From Candidatus Poribacteria bacterium (GTDB lineage Bacteria; Poribacteria; WGA-4E; WGA-3G): 64,000 nt of DNA. Where the stretch lies: contig OZ244048.1 of the NCBI GenBank assembly GCA_965215265.1, positions 4,128,001 through 4,192,000 of the forward strand, given 5' to 3'. A model generated the notes under the pieces. That model worked only from the letters and a program-made list of their open reading frames with translations. It was not told where the DNA came from and ran no database searches. Of the stretch, positions 18,953 through 27,676 are shown piece after piece. A program made the translations under genes and the position numbers. Numbering within the stretch: position 1 is the first letter of the stretch; every line of letters starts with the position of its first letter.

Positions 18953-20131
18953 TTAACGCCTTGCGTGCTGCGACTCCGCCGGCGCGCGGTAGGCAACCGA
19001 CTCAAGATGCGGGGTCTCCAACAGCACATGTCCCTCAAAACGCGAAGTCAGACAACTCTCCAAGATACCGCTAACGAGCATCGTTCGTTCCGCTGGATAC
19101 GGCGCAACCCCCGTTTCAAACAACTCCTCGATCCGCGAGATGAGACAGGCAGAATAGGTAACGTTCGGAGTCGGAGTTAGGAAAAACTGTGTAGAGACCG
19201 GCACCGGTTCATCCTTCAGTTGGGCGGCGAAGCAGTAATCGCGCACTGCACCGTTGAGCATGAGCAGGGTGGCTTTCAAACCATCGCGGTAATGAATGGA
19301 ATAGGCAGCAGGATTCTCTACAAGGCGTTGCAGCTCCCCGCCACTTAGCAGGTTTTGCGTTCTACCGTCCTCAAGCGTTAACCCGCACGGCGTGTCGCTT
19401 CTGGAGAGTGCGGCTTCTAAAAGCGCGTACGAAAAGGCCCCTGTTTCTTCCCAAACATCAGCGCCATCTACGAGCCGGACGGCAGAGACACCGGTTTCGC
19501 CGCCCCGCCGCCGTTCGAGCATGCACTGCATCGCCTCTAAGGCGTGATAATCCATCGGATCGGAACCGCCAACCCCTACCATTAGTGCCTCACTTATGTC
19601 GCAATCAAGCGGCAGTTCTACATCGGGCAATCGCCAAGTCACAGGCAGCGAGGAGCCTGCGAGCAACCCGAACTCGAGCCGGCGCGCATCGTCAACCATC
19701 TCCTTCGCCTTCTCAAAACTGTAAGAGAGGTGTTTGTCATTAAAGAGAGGCACCGCACGGCCATCCTGCTCAAAGACAGCAACACACTCCTTGAAAAAAT
19801 CGTATCGTGGATAAAGCACCTGCCCCTTTTCATTACATGGGTAATCGCCGTGTTCTCCTATAAGGAGAACCGCATCAACGGCAAGTTCATCACCACCGCA
19901 GCGGAGTGCCTCAGCAATCGTCGGATAGACAGTGAACCCGAACTCTCTCGCTCTGTCAAGACTCTGGTCACCTTCCGGTCTCTGATCAACGTAGAGCGAA
20001 ACGACCCTCATATCTGGGCGGTGCCACCTGCCTTTATGCGGATACCCCACGAGGAATCGATCCGCGAAGTGTTGTGCGTGCGATAGATAACGGTAGATAG
20101 TGGTAATAACAGCGATCCGTTTGGTAGCCAT
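18953..20131 (-). CDS. Conserved hypothetical protein (Rossmann / Gfo-Idh-MocA-like N-terminus)
   Basis: SHAQH..DRFL.GY, VDAVLLIGEHGDYP.N.KGQ.LYPR, FNDKHLS, AGSSLPVTWR; GGAGG RBS. Confidence 0.8.
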   Translation of the reverse strand: MATKRIAVITTIYRYLSHAQHFADRFLVGYPHKGRWHRPDMRVVSLYVDQRPEGDQSLDRAREFGFTVYPTIAEALRCGGDELAVDAVLLIGEHGDYPCNEKGQVLYPRYDFFKECVAVFEQDGRAVPLFNDKHLSYSFEKAKEMVDDARRLEFGLLAGSSLPVTWRLPDVELPLDCDISEALMVGVGGSDPMDYHALEAMQCMLERRRGGETGVSAVRLVDGADVWEETGAFSYALLEAALSRSDTPCGLTLEDGRTQNLLSGGELQRLVENPAAYSIHYRDGLKATLLMLNGAVRDYCFAAQLKDEPVPVSTQFFLTPTPNVTYSACLISRIEELFETGVAPYPAERTMLVSGILESCLTSRFEGHVLLETPHLESVAYRAPAESQHARR

Positions 20132-20154
20132 GCGTCCCTCCAGGGCCGGCGTAC

Positions 20155-21348
20155 TTAAGTCCGCCAGAACGTTGATTCGCGAGTAGGCTCATATCTAATG
20201 TCTAAATGCGGTGTCTCCTGCTTTTCCCCACCTGCGAAGCAACTATCAACGCCGGCTGCAACGAGTCCGGTTGTTAACAGTGTCCGCTCAACAGGATAGG
20301 GTACCCGACCTGTTTCAAACATTTTCTCAATGTTGTTAACCAACGGCGAGAAGAAGTTTGCTAACGTTGTACGGACGGGCGGCATCGGGAGATACATCTG
20401 CGTTGAAAGCACCGTATTATCAGTGCCGATAGTAGCAGCGAAGTTGAAGTCTTGCACCAACCCATTCATCAAAAACATCGTGGATTTTAGGCCGTCATAG
20501 TGTTCATAGTGATAAGCGATCGGGTCTTTCACAAGCTCTTTCAGCTCATCTAACGTCGGGAAGATGTCGTTAAATCCAGCACGCGAAGGGGTGAGCGTAT
20601 GACTCCGACAGAGCGCGGCTTCAAACAGCTCACGCGACCAGAGTTGGGCGTGGTATGCTTCCCAAAAGGTTTCACCGCGATATGCTTGTAGCCATTTAAC
20701 ACCGGTTTCGCCACCTTTACGCCGCTCTACCATACACTGAAGCGTCTCTAAGGCGTGGAAATCGTAACTATCTATACCGCCATAGCCAACACACACCGCC
20801 TCTGAAACCGGGACATCGTAGGGCATCTCAATTGAAGGAGTGCGCCACGTAACGGGCAGAGAGGATCCCGCCATAAACGGGAAATCCAGCTCTTGGGAAA
20901 TGTCATACATCTCGCGTGCCCACTCCCAATTCCACGAGAGATGTTTATCATTAAAAGTCGGGACACCGCGACGGCTCCGTTCGTAAACCTCAGCCATCTC
21001 CTTGAAGTGTTCGTAGCGCGGATAGAGACGTTGCCCCTTCTCGTTAGCCGGATAATCTCCGTGCTCGCCGATAAGTAGCACCCCATCGACAGCGAGTTTA
21101 TCACCGCCGAGCGTCAACGCCTCCGCAATTGTAGAATATGCCGCTACTGACGGATAACGTCCCAACCGTTCGCGGCTCAAGTCGTTTTCACCGAGCTGCT
21201 CAACATATAGAGAAACGAGCTGCATCTCCGGATAGTGGTGGCAGCTATTCCAACCGTAGCCTTCCAAGAACCGATCCACGATATGTTGTGCATGCGAATA
21301 TTTGTGATAAATTGTCGCAATCGCTGCGATTTTGGGACGTGTTTTCAT
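20155..21348 (-). CDS. Conserved hypothetical protein, paralog of 18953
   Basis: Same motifs; AAGGAGG before ATG 21348. Confidence 0.8.
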   Translation of the reverse strand: MKTRPKIAAIATIYHKYSHAQHIVDRFLEGYGWNSCHHYPEMQLVSLYVEQLGENDLSRERLGRYPSVAAYSTIAEALTLGGDKLAVDGVLLIGEHGDYPANEKGQRLYPRYEHFKEMAEVYERSRRGVPTFNDKHLSWNWEWAREMYDISQELDFPFMAGSSLPVTWRTPSIEMPYDVPVSEAVCVGYGGIDSYDFHALETLQCMVERRKGGETGVKWLQAYRGETFWEAYHAQLWSRELFEAALCRSHTLTPSRAGFNDIFPTLDELKELVKDPIAYHYEHYDGLKSTMFLMNGLVQDFNFAATIGTDNTVLSTQMYLPMPPVRTTLANFFSPLVNNIEKMFETGRVPYPVERTLLTTGLVAAGVDSCFAGGEKQETPHLDIRYEPTRESTFWRT

Positions 21349-21435
21349 ACTTCCTCCTTTAGACCTCACAAGACTTCATTTTTTCTGCACAATTCTAATA
21401 AGGCGTATATTAAACTCTTTACAACGAGATTTAAA

Positions 21436-21533
21436 TCCTCTGATGTTTTGTATCATAACCTAGAAAGGCTCAGACGAGATTTGTGCTAGGTTTTTCAAAA
21501 ACATCAGGTGGTGACGTGCTGCCGTAGCCGAAA
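21436..21533 (-). repeat. Dispersed palindromic repeat family (left arm + core)
   Basis: GGCTCAGACGAGATTTGTGCTAGG is the reverse complement of the left-arm motif. Confidence 0.5.
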
Positions 21534-21754
21534 ATCTCGCCATGCCATGCATTATCCACATCCGAAAGTGTCCACGTGTCTTTGAAAGCAGCCCCTGCCG
21601 CCTGGCTTCCGATAGGCGCTCAGTGAAGCCACCATCAGGGTTCCGTTTTGAGAAGGTCCGAAAGAGGACGGAATCCTTTAAATTTGAACCATTTTTTTCG
21701 CTCTACCGTCTGAAGTTACTTTCACTGTTATTAATCTGTGAGACAGATTCCGCA

Positions 21755-21842
21755 GTTTTCCTGATTTTCTAATAAGCAGCGTATACTCCGGTCCGGAAAG
21801 TTCGAAACAGACATCTTTGACAAAAAGTGCCGGATGTCCTCC
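21755..21842 (-). pseudogene. 5' remnant of an rpn gene
   Basis: Reverse complement GGACATCC..ACTTTTTGTC..GATGTCTGTT.CGAACTTT..CGGAGTATACG..GCTTATTAGAAAA matches the first ~90 nt of rpn 15879; preceded by the homologous promoter region. Confidence 0.75.
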
Positions 21843-21976
21843 TTAAACGCGACAGGGGCATGCGTTTTTTTCCTCAAAACTTATACTTTTTATTTATAAT
21901 AACACATCCGTAAATCATTTTCAAGCAAAGAGAAACAAATCAAGCAGAGAGAAATCTGCATCGCCTCAAAGAGAAA

Positions 21977-22022
21977 GAGGTGTGATAGCATTCGGCACAC
22001 GGCCTACTCACTATCACACCTC
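21977..22022 (-). repeat. Hairpin repeat R, copy 4 (inverted)
   Basis: Reverse complement of R with a G-U to A-U change in the stem. Confidence 0.75.
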
Positions 22023-22181
22023 AGGTTTTATCTTTCGCTGCGCATAAAACGAGCCGCACAAGATACGGGTTGGCCCAGCACAAAACCGAACCGGGTTCAG
22101 CACGCACCAAGCAAAAAATAAGCAGATAATTAACAGATAGTTAATATTTTACCCTATTTATAACGCTTTTTTAACTATTAG

Positions 22182-23348
22182 TTAATAAATTATGCCGACC
22201 CGATCTGCACGCAGATCGGAAGGGGTAAAGGAGTAAAGATTTAAGGAGTTACAGCCCTCGCACACCGGAACCCGAGGAGAAGCCCGTGACGTAGGTGCAT
22301 TCCCGTAGCGATTAGCGGCGCGCAGGGCGTGCATTAAGTCCCAGCCACCGCCGCGCAACACGCGACGTGACTTAACATGTGTAAAGTCGTCTACAATCTC
22401 ATCCAGATTCGCGAGCATACTGCCAGACACATCACTCAGCGGATTACTAGACGGAGACGCAGAATAGAAATCCGCATTATACGCATCAAGACACCACTCC
22501 CACACGTTGCCTGCCATATCATACAGCCCATACCCGTTCGCAGCATAACTCCCCACAGCCGTTGTACCGCCTACATTATTACCGTAGTTCGCATCGTTCG
22601 GCGTTATCGTGTCGCCCCACGGGTATTTCTTACCAACTAACCCACCGCGGGCCGCTTTCTCCCACTCCGCCTCCGTTGGAAGACGCTTCCCTGCCCACGC
22701 AGCATAAGCCATCGCACCATACCACGACACCCACGTCACAGGATGGTCCCCCTTACCCACTGGATAGTTATTACCTTCCCAATCGGCTAGGTAATCACCA
22801 TCATGGAGGGCATCCGGAACCCGCCCCTTCTGCCACTGCGGGTTCGCCAGCACAAAACTTTTATACTCAGCGTTCGTCACTTCGTGCGTGTCCATGTAGA
22901 ACGCGTCCACATGCACCGTGTGCACAGGCTGCTCGTCATCCCAGGCATCAGCATCGTCACTGCCCATCTGGAAGTCGCCCGCGGGGATAAGTGCCATGCC
23001 TGCAGGTGGCGGCACTGCTTTTCCCAGGTGCCCCGCTACCAAGGTTAGGTCGAGGATATTCACAACACCATCACCGTTAACATCAGGATTCCGCTCCTCA
23101 TCGGTAACGGCCACCGCCCCAAAATGAGACGCAACCCCAGCCAAATCAAGCACATTTATGACTCCATCGCCATTGAAATCGAAAGCCTTTAGCGTCTCAA
23201 AATCCGAGGCTTTGACGGAAGGCACACTCAAAAGCATTGGTATAAAACTCAGGGTGACAAACCACATCAAGTGTCTCTGCGGCTTGGCGGGTGCCTTTGT
23301 GAAAGGAACCTCACGTGTGACAGGTTTCTGCTCCAGAATATTCTTCAT
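22182..23348 (-). CDS. Dockerin + FGE-sulfatase/CLec protein, frameshifted inside its variable region (ancestral stop at 22241)
   Basis: FGE motifs; the VR is 103 nt versus 108 nt in paralogs, so GFRCARAVTP* is out of frame. Confidence 0.8.
   Translation of the reverse strand: MKNILEQKPVTREVPFTKAPAKPQRHLMWFVTLSFIPMLLSVPSVKASDFETLKAFDFNGDGVINVLDLAGVASHFGAVAVTDEERNPDVNGDGVVNILDLTLVAGHLGKAVPPPAGMALIPAGDFQMGSDDADAWDDEQPVHTVHVDAFYMDTHEVTNAEYKSFVLANPQWQKGRVPDALHDGDYLADWEGNNYPVGKGDHPVTWVSWYGAMAYAAWAGKRLPTEAEWEKAARGGLVGKKYPWGDTITPNDANYGNNVGGTTAVGSYAANGYGLYDMAGNVWEWCLDAYNADFYSASPSSNPLSDVSGSMLANLDEIVDDFTHVKSRRVLRGGGWDLMHALRAANRYGNAPTSRASPRVPVCEGCNSLNLYSFTPSDLRADRVGIIY
22200..22219 (-). other. Palindrome after the VR of the minus-strand FGE gene
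   Basis: CCGATCTGC-GT-GCAGATCGG on the coding strand. Confidence 0.65.
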
Positions 23349-23432
23349 AGATTTTTCTCCTTTTAGAGTTGTTTAAAGCTCAGGACTTTGCCGCACTTTG
23401 CAGGCGGGCATTCTGCACCTCAAGAGAACGCC

Positions 23433-24620
23433 TTAATCGCGAATTAAGCGCAGAATGTTCTGGACGAAACGGGCTTTCGGCATTGCGCCCCCAAACTGGC
23501 CAACAATTTCACCATTTTGGAACACAATATATGCCGGTATTCCGCGCACCTGATATTTTCTGTGAATTTGCGGGTTAGAATCAATATCCAACTTCGCAAT
23601 GGCGAATGTCTTTCTGTGCTCCGATGCAACTTCGTCTACAATCGGCACCATCTGCCGGCAGAATGGGCACCAGCCTGCCCAAAATTCAACCACAATCGGG
23701 AACTCAGACTCCAACACAATCCTATCAAAAGTGGCATCCGTGACCTCAATAGGAACGCCGGTAGTGGTTTTAACACTTGTACTAAATACTATGTTAACCT
23801 CTGCTGCGTTTCCTGCAGCGTCAGTCACTTCGCCAATGATGATATAGGTAACTTCATTGTCCAGCTCTTTGCCTCTCACCAGGGTTAGGATTGCTTTATT
23901 GCCTTCAACTTTGCCTGACCAGCCGACATCATTACCGGTTTGCGTTCGCAGACCTATCCGTCCACTCACGGTTTCACTAAACTCAATTTCTATCTTCGCG
24001 CGGCTGTTAATCCTTTCAGGGTCAACGTCCCTGTCACCATCAGTGATGTCACCCCCTGTGACGGAGGGGGCTGCGGTATCTGGTTGCAGGACAGTGTAGC
24101 TCAATGTGTGGCTACCGTCAACCCAAGAGAGTGTTAAGTCTAGAGGCCCCGGAATAAAGGGACCCATAATTGTCACGATTTTACCAGCAGTAGTCACAGT
24201 GCCACTGTTCACGGTGACATCAGCCGGCGCATTGTCAAAAACAACGGTGATACTCCCATCAACGGCGAGGCGTGTCCCGCTTGTTGGCTCTATGCTAACA
24301 ACCGCTGCTGGAGGACGCACGGCTTTGCCCAGGTGCCCCGCTACCAAGGTTAGGTCGAGGATATTCACAATACCGTCACCGTTAACATCAGGATTCCGCT
24401 CCTCATCGGTAACGGCCACCGCCCCAAAATGAGACGCAACTCCAGCCAAATCAAGCACATTTATGACTCCATCGGCATTGAAATCGGAAGCCTTTAGCGT
24501 CTCAAAATCCGAGGCTTTGATAGAAACACACAACCCCGCGACAAGCAACAAGCTAAGAATAGATACAAATTTCCTATTCATTACCACGATGCCTTTTTTC
24601 GGGTTCATCCAATCTTTCAT
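23433..24620 (-). CDS. Secreted dockerin + Ig-like domains + thioredoxin
   Basis: Dockerin repeats; DTAAPSV Ig-like region; VEFWAGWCPFC..VRGIP thioredoxin. Confidence 0.85.
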   Translation of the reverse strand: MKDWMNPKKGIVVMNRKFVSILSLLLVAGLCVSIKASDFETLKASDFNADGVINVLDLAGVASHFGAVAVTDEERNPDVNGDGIVNILDLTLVAGHLGKAVRPPAAVVSIEPTSGTRLAVDGSITVVFDNAPADVTVNSGTVTTAGKIVTIMGPFIPGPLDLTLSWVDGSHTLSYTVLQPDTAAPSVTGGDITDGDRDVDPERINSRAKIEIEFSETVSGRIGLRTQTGNDVGWSGKVEGNKAILTLVRGKELDNEVTYIIIGEVTDAAGNAAEVNIVFSTSVKTTTGVPIEVTDATFDRIVLESEFPIVVEFWAGWCPFCRQMVPIVDEVASEHRKTFAIAKLDIDSNPQIHRKYQVRGIPAYIVFQNGEIVGQFGGAMPKARFVQNILRLIRD

Positions 24621-24731
24621 TTAAAAATATCCTTTCGGACGATGTGTCCGTTGTCGATGCGGTTATCGCACCAGTTAGGTTTATAAAAAGCAGCGACGAA
24701 GGTAGATGCTGCTTGAGTTAATAAAAGGGTT

Positions 24732-24762
24732 AAGTTACGTGAAGTAAGGGGGGGGGGGTCAA
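24732..24762 (-). promoter_or_regulatory. Candidate promoter with a poly-C11 tract in the spacer
   Basis: TTGACC-19bp-TAACTT on the minus strand; G11 at 24748-24758 on +. Confidence 0.4.
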
Positions 24763-24984
24763 TCGTCTTAACAGGGACTTAAAACACACGACAGCACGGC
24801 ATACGCACGCGTTCGCGCCAACACTGCAACCCCGCACCACGGGGCCAGGCACTCTGCTCTTCTGGTAAACGGACTCTCGGTGTTTCATCTCTTCGAGTTC
24901 TCGTATCTTTCAGCACATCACCGACAGATTTAATGAGTATCTTTTTACAAATCTCGCCGGAGATTTTCGCGGTTTTTCGTATTT

Positions 24985-25320
24985 TTCAGTTTAGCCGAAA
25001 ACAACGCTTTTTGTCAAACTTTTTTTCTCTGACTCAAAACGTATTTTGCATTATCGCACAACGAACGTTTTTTGGCAAACTTTTTTTCGAATTAAAAAAG
25101 GGACGAACACATTTTAGCCGAAAACAATACTTTTTGTCAAACTTTTTTTCTCTGACTCAAAGGTTAGTTTGCATTATTGCACAATGAACGTTTTTTGGCA
25201 ACTCTTTTTTCCGAAATAAAAAAGAGGCAAAAACATTCTATCAGAAAACAACACTTTTTGGCAAACTTTTTTTTGCCTGACTCAAAATGAACGTTTTTTT
25301 GTCAACTCTTTTTTCAAATT
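24985..25320 (-). repeat. Tandem ~61/122-bp promoter-like repeats
   Basis: Repeated A-tract-TTG(A/C)CA-17/18bp-(TAAACT/GATAAT/TAGAAT) on the minus strand. Confidence 0.7.
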
Positions 25321-25324
25321 TTTG

Positions 25325-25465
25325 GGTCTCTTTCAGCACGTCACCGACGGTTTTTTGGTCTCTTTCAGCACATAAGACAATGCAAAGCAGAGATTGGCTC
25401 TGACGAGATTTACACACGAGCCATCAAAGCAGAAGCGTTGACAGTACGGAGATATACAAAAAAAC
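25325..25465 (+). repeat. Dispersed palindromic repeat family copy
   Basis: GACGAGATTTACACACGAGCCATCAAAGC...GTACGGAGATATACAAAA. Confidence 0.65.
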
Positions 25466-25629
25466 GTTCCTAATTTTTGTTGATATCCTCTTCGTGATAA
25501 ACGGAAATTCGATTTTCGCTAAGTGTCCTATTGTATACTGCGGAACCGAACCTAACTCATGTTTTAGGAGACGCATCTAGTAAAGCAACACCCTATTTCA
25601 CACTCAGGGAAAGATGCAAGAATCTGAAC

Positions 25630-26154
25630 CTACGGAGACGGTATCGCGGAATCGACGTTCAGCGGTTTCTCAATCAACACAACCGGGGCTTGACAGCAGT
25701 CACAATTCCCCGGTGCAACGGCACGAATGTAGCAAGTATCACAATAGTAGTAGAGCTCATGCACAATACCGTCACGAACAGAGAGAAATTTGACAACCTC
25801 CAGTAGCCGCGTTTTCGGAAAGACACGTCCTTTGATTATCAATGTTTTTTCGTGAAGTCGCGTATCGACAAACAATGCCTCTGCAAGTGATGTCCGAAGA
25901 ACTGTGTAGTATTCACCCCCCTCAGTTTTTAATCCATAGAGGTGTTGATGACTATCGAAAAGCTGCACATTATAGTGTTCGTGCATTTCTTCCAATAGGC
26001 AGACAATGTTTCCTTGAAACTCGACTTCTCGAATTGATAGCGATTGAGGCACGGGGGTGCTCTGCTTTTCGGCTGAACGCGTGATTCCGTTCATCAACAT
26101 GCCAAGCATAAATAAAAAACTGCACAATAGGAGCGATTGAGTCGTTTTACGCAT
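25630..26154 (-). CDS. Secreted hypothetical protein with a C-terminal Cys cluster (metal binding)
   Basis: Signal peptide from MRKTT; YYYCDTC..PGNCDCCQ; start overlaps the PhyH stop. Confidence 0.65.
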   Translation of the reverse strand: MRKTTQSLLLCSFLFMLGMLMNGITRSAEKQSTPVPQSLSIREVEFQGNIVCLLEEMHEHYNVQLFDSHQHLYGLKTEGGEYYTVLRTSLAEALFVDTRLHEKTLIIKGRVFPKTRLLEVVKFLSVRDGIVHELYYYCDTCYIRAVAPGNCDCCQAPVVLIEKPLNVDSAIPSP

Positions 26155-27034
26155 CACGATTTTCCTCTTCTGCCCATCTTTTGGGACCTGGACCGGGTTG
26201 ATGGTTTTCTCGAATCTGCTTAAACATTTCAGGTGTCGTGACAACGTTCTCCGGATACATGCGGCTCCGTGCAAGGAATCCGGCCTCGGGTTGATAGCCT
26301 GTCGGTTTAGAGGCATCTTGATAACGCGTATCAACACTCCATCTTACTTGGTTGCTGACATTCGGAATGGAGCGGTGCGGTGTCAGATTCGTAAAAAGAA
26401 GTACGCTGCCAAACTTAACGGGGATAACAACCGGTTTCACTTCAGGTAATGCATCCGGGGGTATATCCAAGTACGGACGTCCCTTGACGCTGCGATGTCG
26501 AAGAACACCGTCACGATGTGCGTGTGGAATCACTTCAAGGCAGCCATTTTCAACCGTTGCATCTATCAGCGGAATCCAGATTGTGAGTTGTAATACAGCA
26601 TCGCACGCCGGCTCCATATAGCCTGCGTCTTGGTGCCACGGTACTAACGTTCTATCATGCTCAGGCAGCTTGGGACGGACCCGATATGCCGGATGACACA
26701 TAATCTCAGGCCCGACAAGCGATTCCGCGATGTCAAGCAGCTTCGGGTTAACAAGCAGATGGAAGAGCGCAGCACCCGTGTGTGCACCGCTAAATAACTT
26801 CTGAAACACGCCCGTGGATTGCTCCGTAATTTTTGCCAAGCGCGTGTCAAACCCTTCCGCTTTAAACTCGGAGTCAATCTCCTTTTGTGCATAAAGATCT
26901 GAGGCACCTGTATCGATTATGGAGTCAAATTCTGCAATGAGTGGGTTGAGGTCCTCAGGCGCGAGGGCATCTTCAACAAGAAGATAACCGTTGTCATTAA
27001 AATTCTGCATCTGGATGTCGGTTAATGCTTTCAT
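26147..27034 (-). CDS. Phytanoyl-CoA dioxygenase (PhyH) family protein
   Basis: F.DNGYL, PWHQD, WIPL.DAT.ENGCL.VIP, HRS.PN.S..RWS. Confidence 0.9.
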   Translation of the reverse strand: MKALTDIQMQNFNDNGYLLVEDALAPEDLNPLIAEFDSIIDTGASDLYAQKEIDSEFKAEGFDTRLAKITEQSTGVFQKLFSGAHTGAALFHLLVNPKLLDIAESLVGPEIMCHPAYRVRPKLPEHDRTLVPWHQDAGYMEPACDAVLQLTIWIPLIDATVENGCLEVIPHAHRDGVLRHRSVKGRPYLDIPPDALPEVKPVVIPVKFGSVLLFTNLTPHRSIPNVSNQVRWSVDTRYQDASKPTGYQPEAGFLARSRMYPENVVTTPEMFKQIRENHQPGPGPKRWAEEENRDA

Positions 27035-27044
27035 AAAAAAACTC

Positions 27045-27464
27045 TCATATCTGGACTAGTTCAATGAGAATGCCATCCGGGTCTTTCGCGCAAATAACAC
27101 CGGCCGCATCCGGCGCACTCACAGGTTCGGATAAGAATTCTACACCGTGCTGTTTTAATTTTTCAACCGTCTCCTCAATGTTCTCAACAAAAAAGGTGAG
27201 CCAGCGAACGCCAGCAGAAAAACCTGCAGCTGGGGATGCCGGTGGGGGTTGTATCTCCATCAATTTGATCAACGTGTTGCCGGCTTTGAGGCGCACCTGC
27301 CGGAAACCCATCGGCGCAAGCCCTACCTCGCGTGCAAGCGATTCAGGGATATCCAGCTCCAGCACAATTTCAAAACCTAACTGTTTGTGGTAAAAGTTGA
27401 GGGATTCCGCAAAATTGCTACATGTAATCGCAATGTCAACGGTCGGATGCGATAAGGTTAACAC
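27045..27464 (-). CDS. VOC / glyoxalase family protein
   Basis: SLNFY..LGF, F.VENIEE...L...GV, KDPDG.LIEL. Confidence 0.85.
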   Translation of the reverse strand: MLTLSHPTVDIAITCSNFAESLNFYHKQLGFEIVLELDIPESLAREVGLAPMGFRQVRLKAGNTLIKLMEIQPPPASPAAGFSAGVRWLTFFVENIEETVEKLKQHGVEFLSEPVSAPDAAGVICAKDPDGILIELVQI

Positions 27465-27676
27465 GTGGCTTGACCTCCTCTGATATTACAAATTTTTGAG
27501 GATGAAGACTGCCTCACGAAACTGCCCAAGGGGACGTGCGTTATAGGTAAACTCGATAGGAATGACAATTCTCTGGCGTAAAAGAGCCGCGGCATCCGGA
27601 ATCGGAATTGAGAAAACCAGCCTGCCGTCTCTCTTCGTCTGAATTTCCGCTACAATGCTGCTTAAACTCACCCCTC

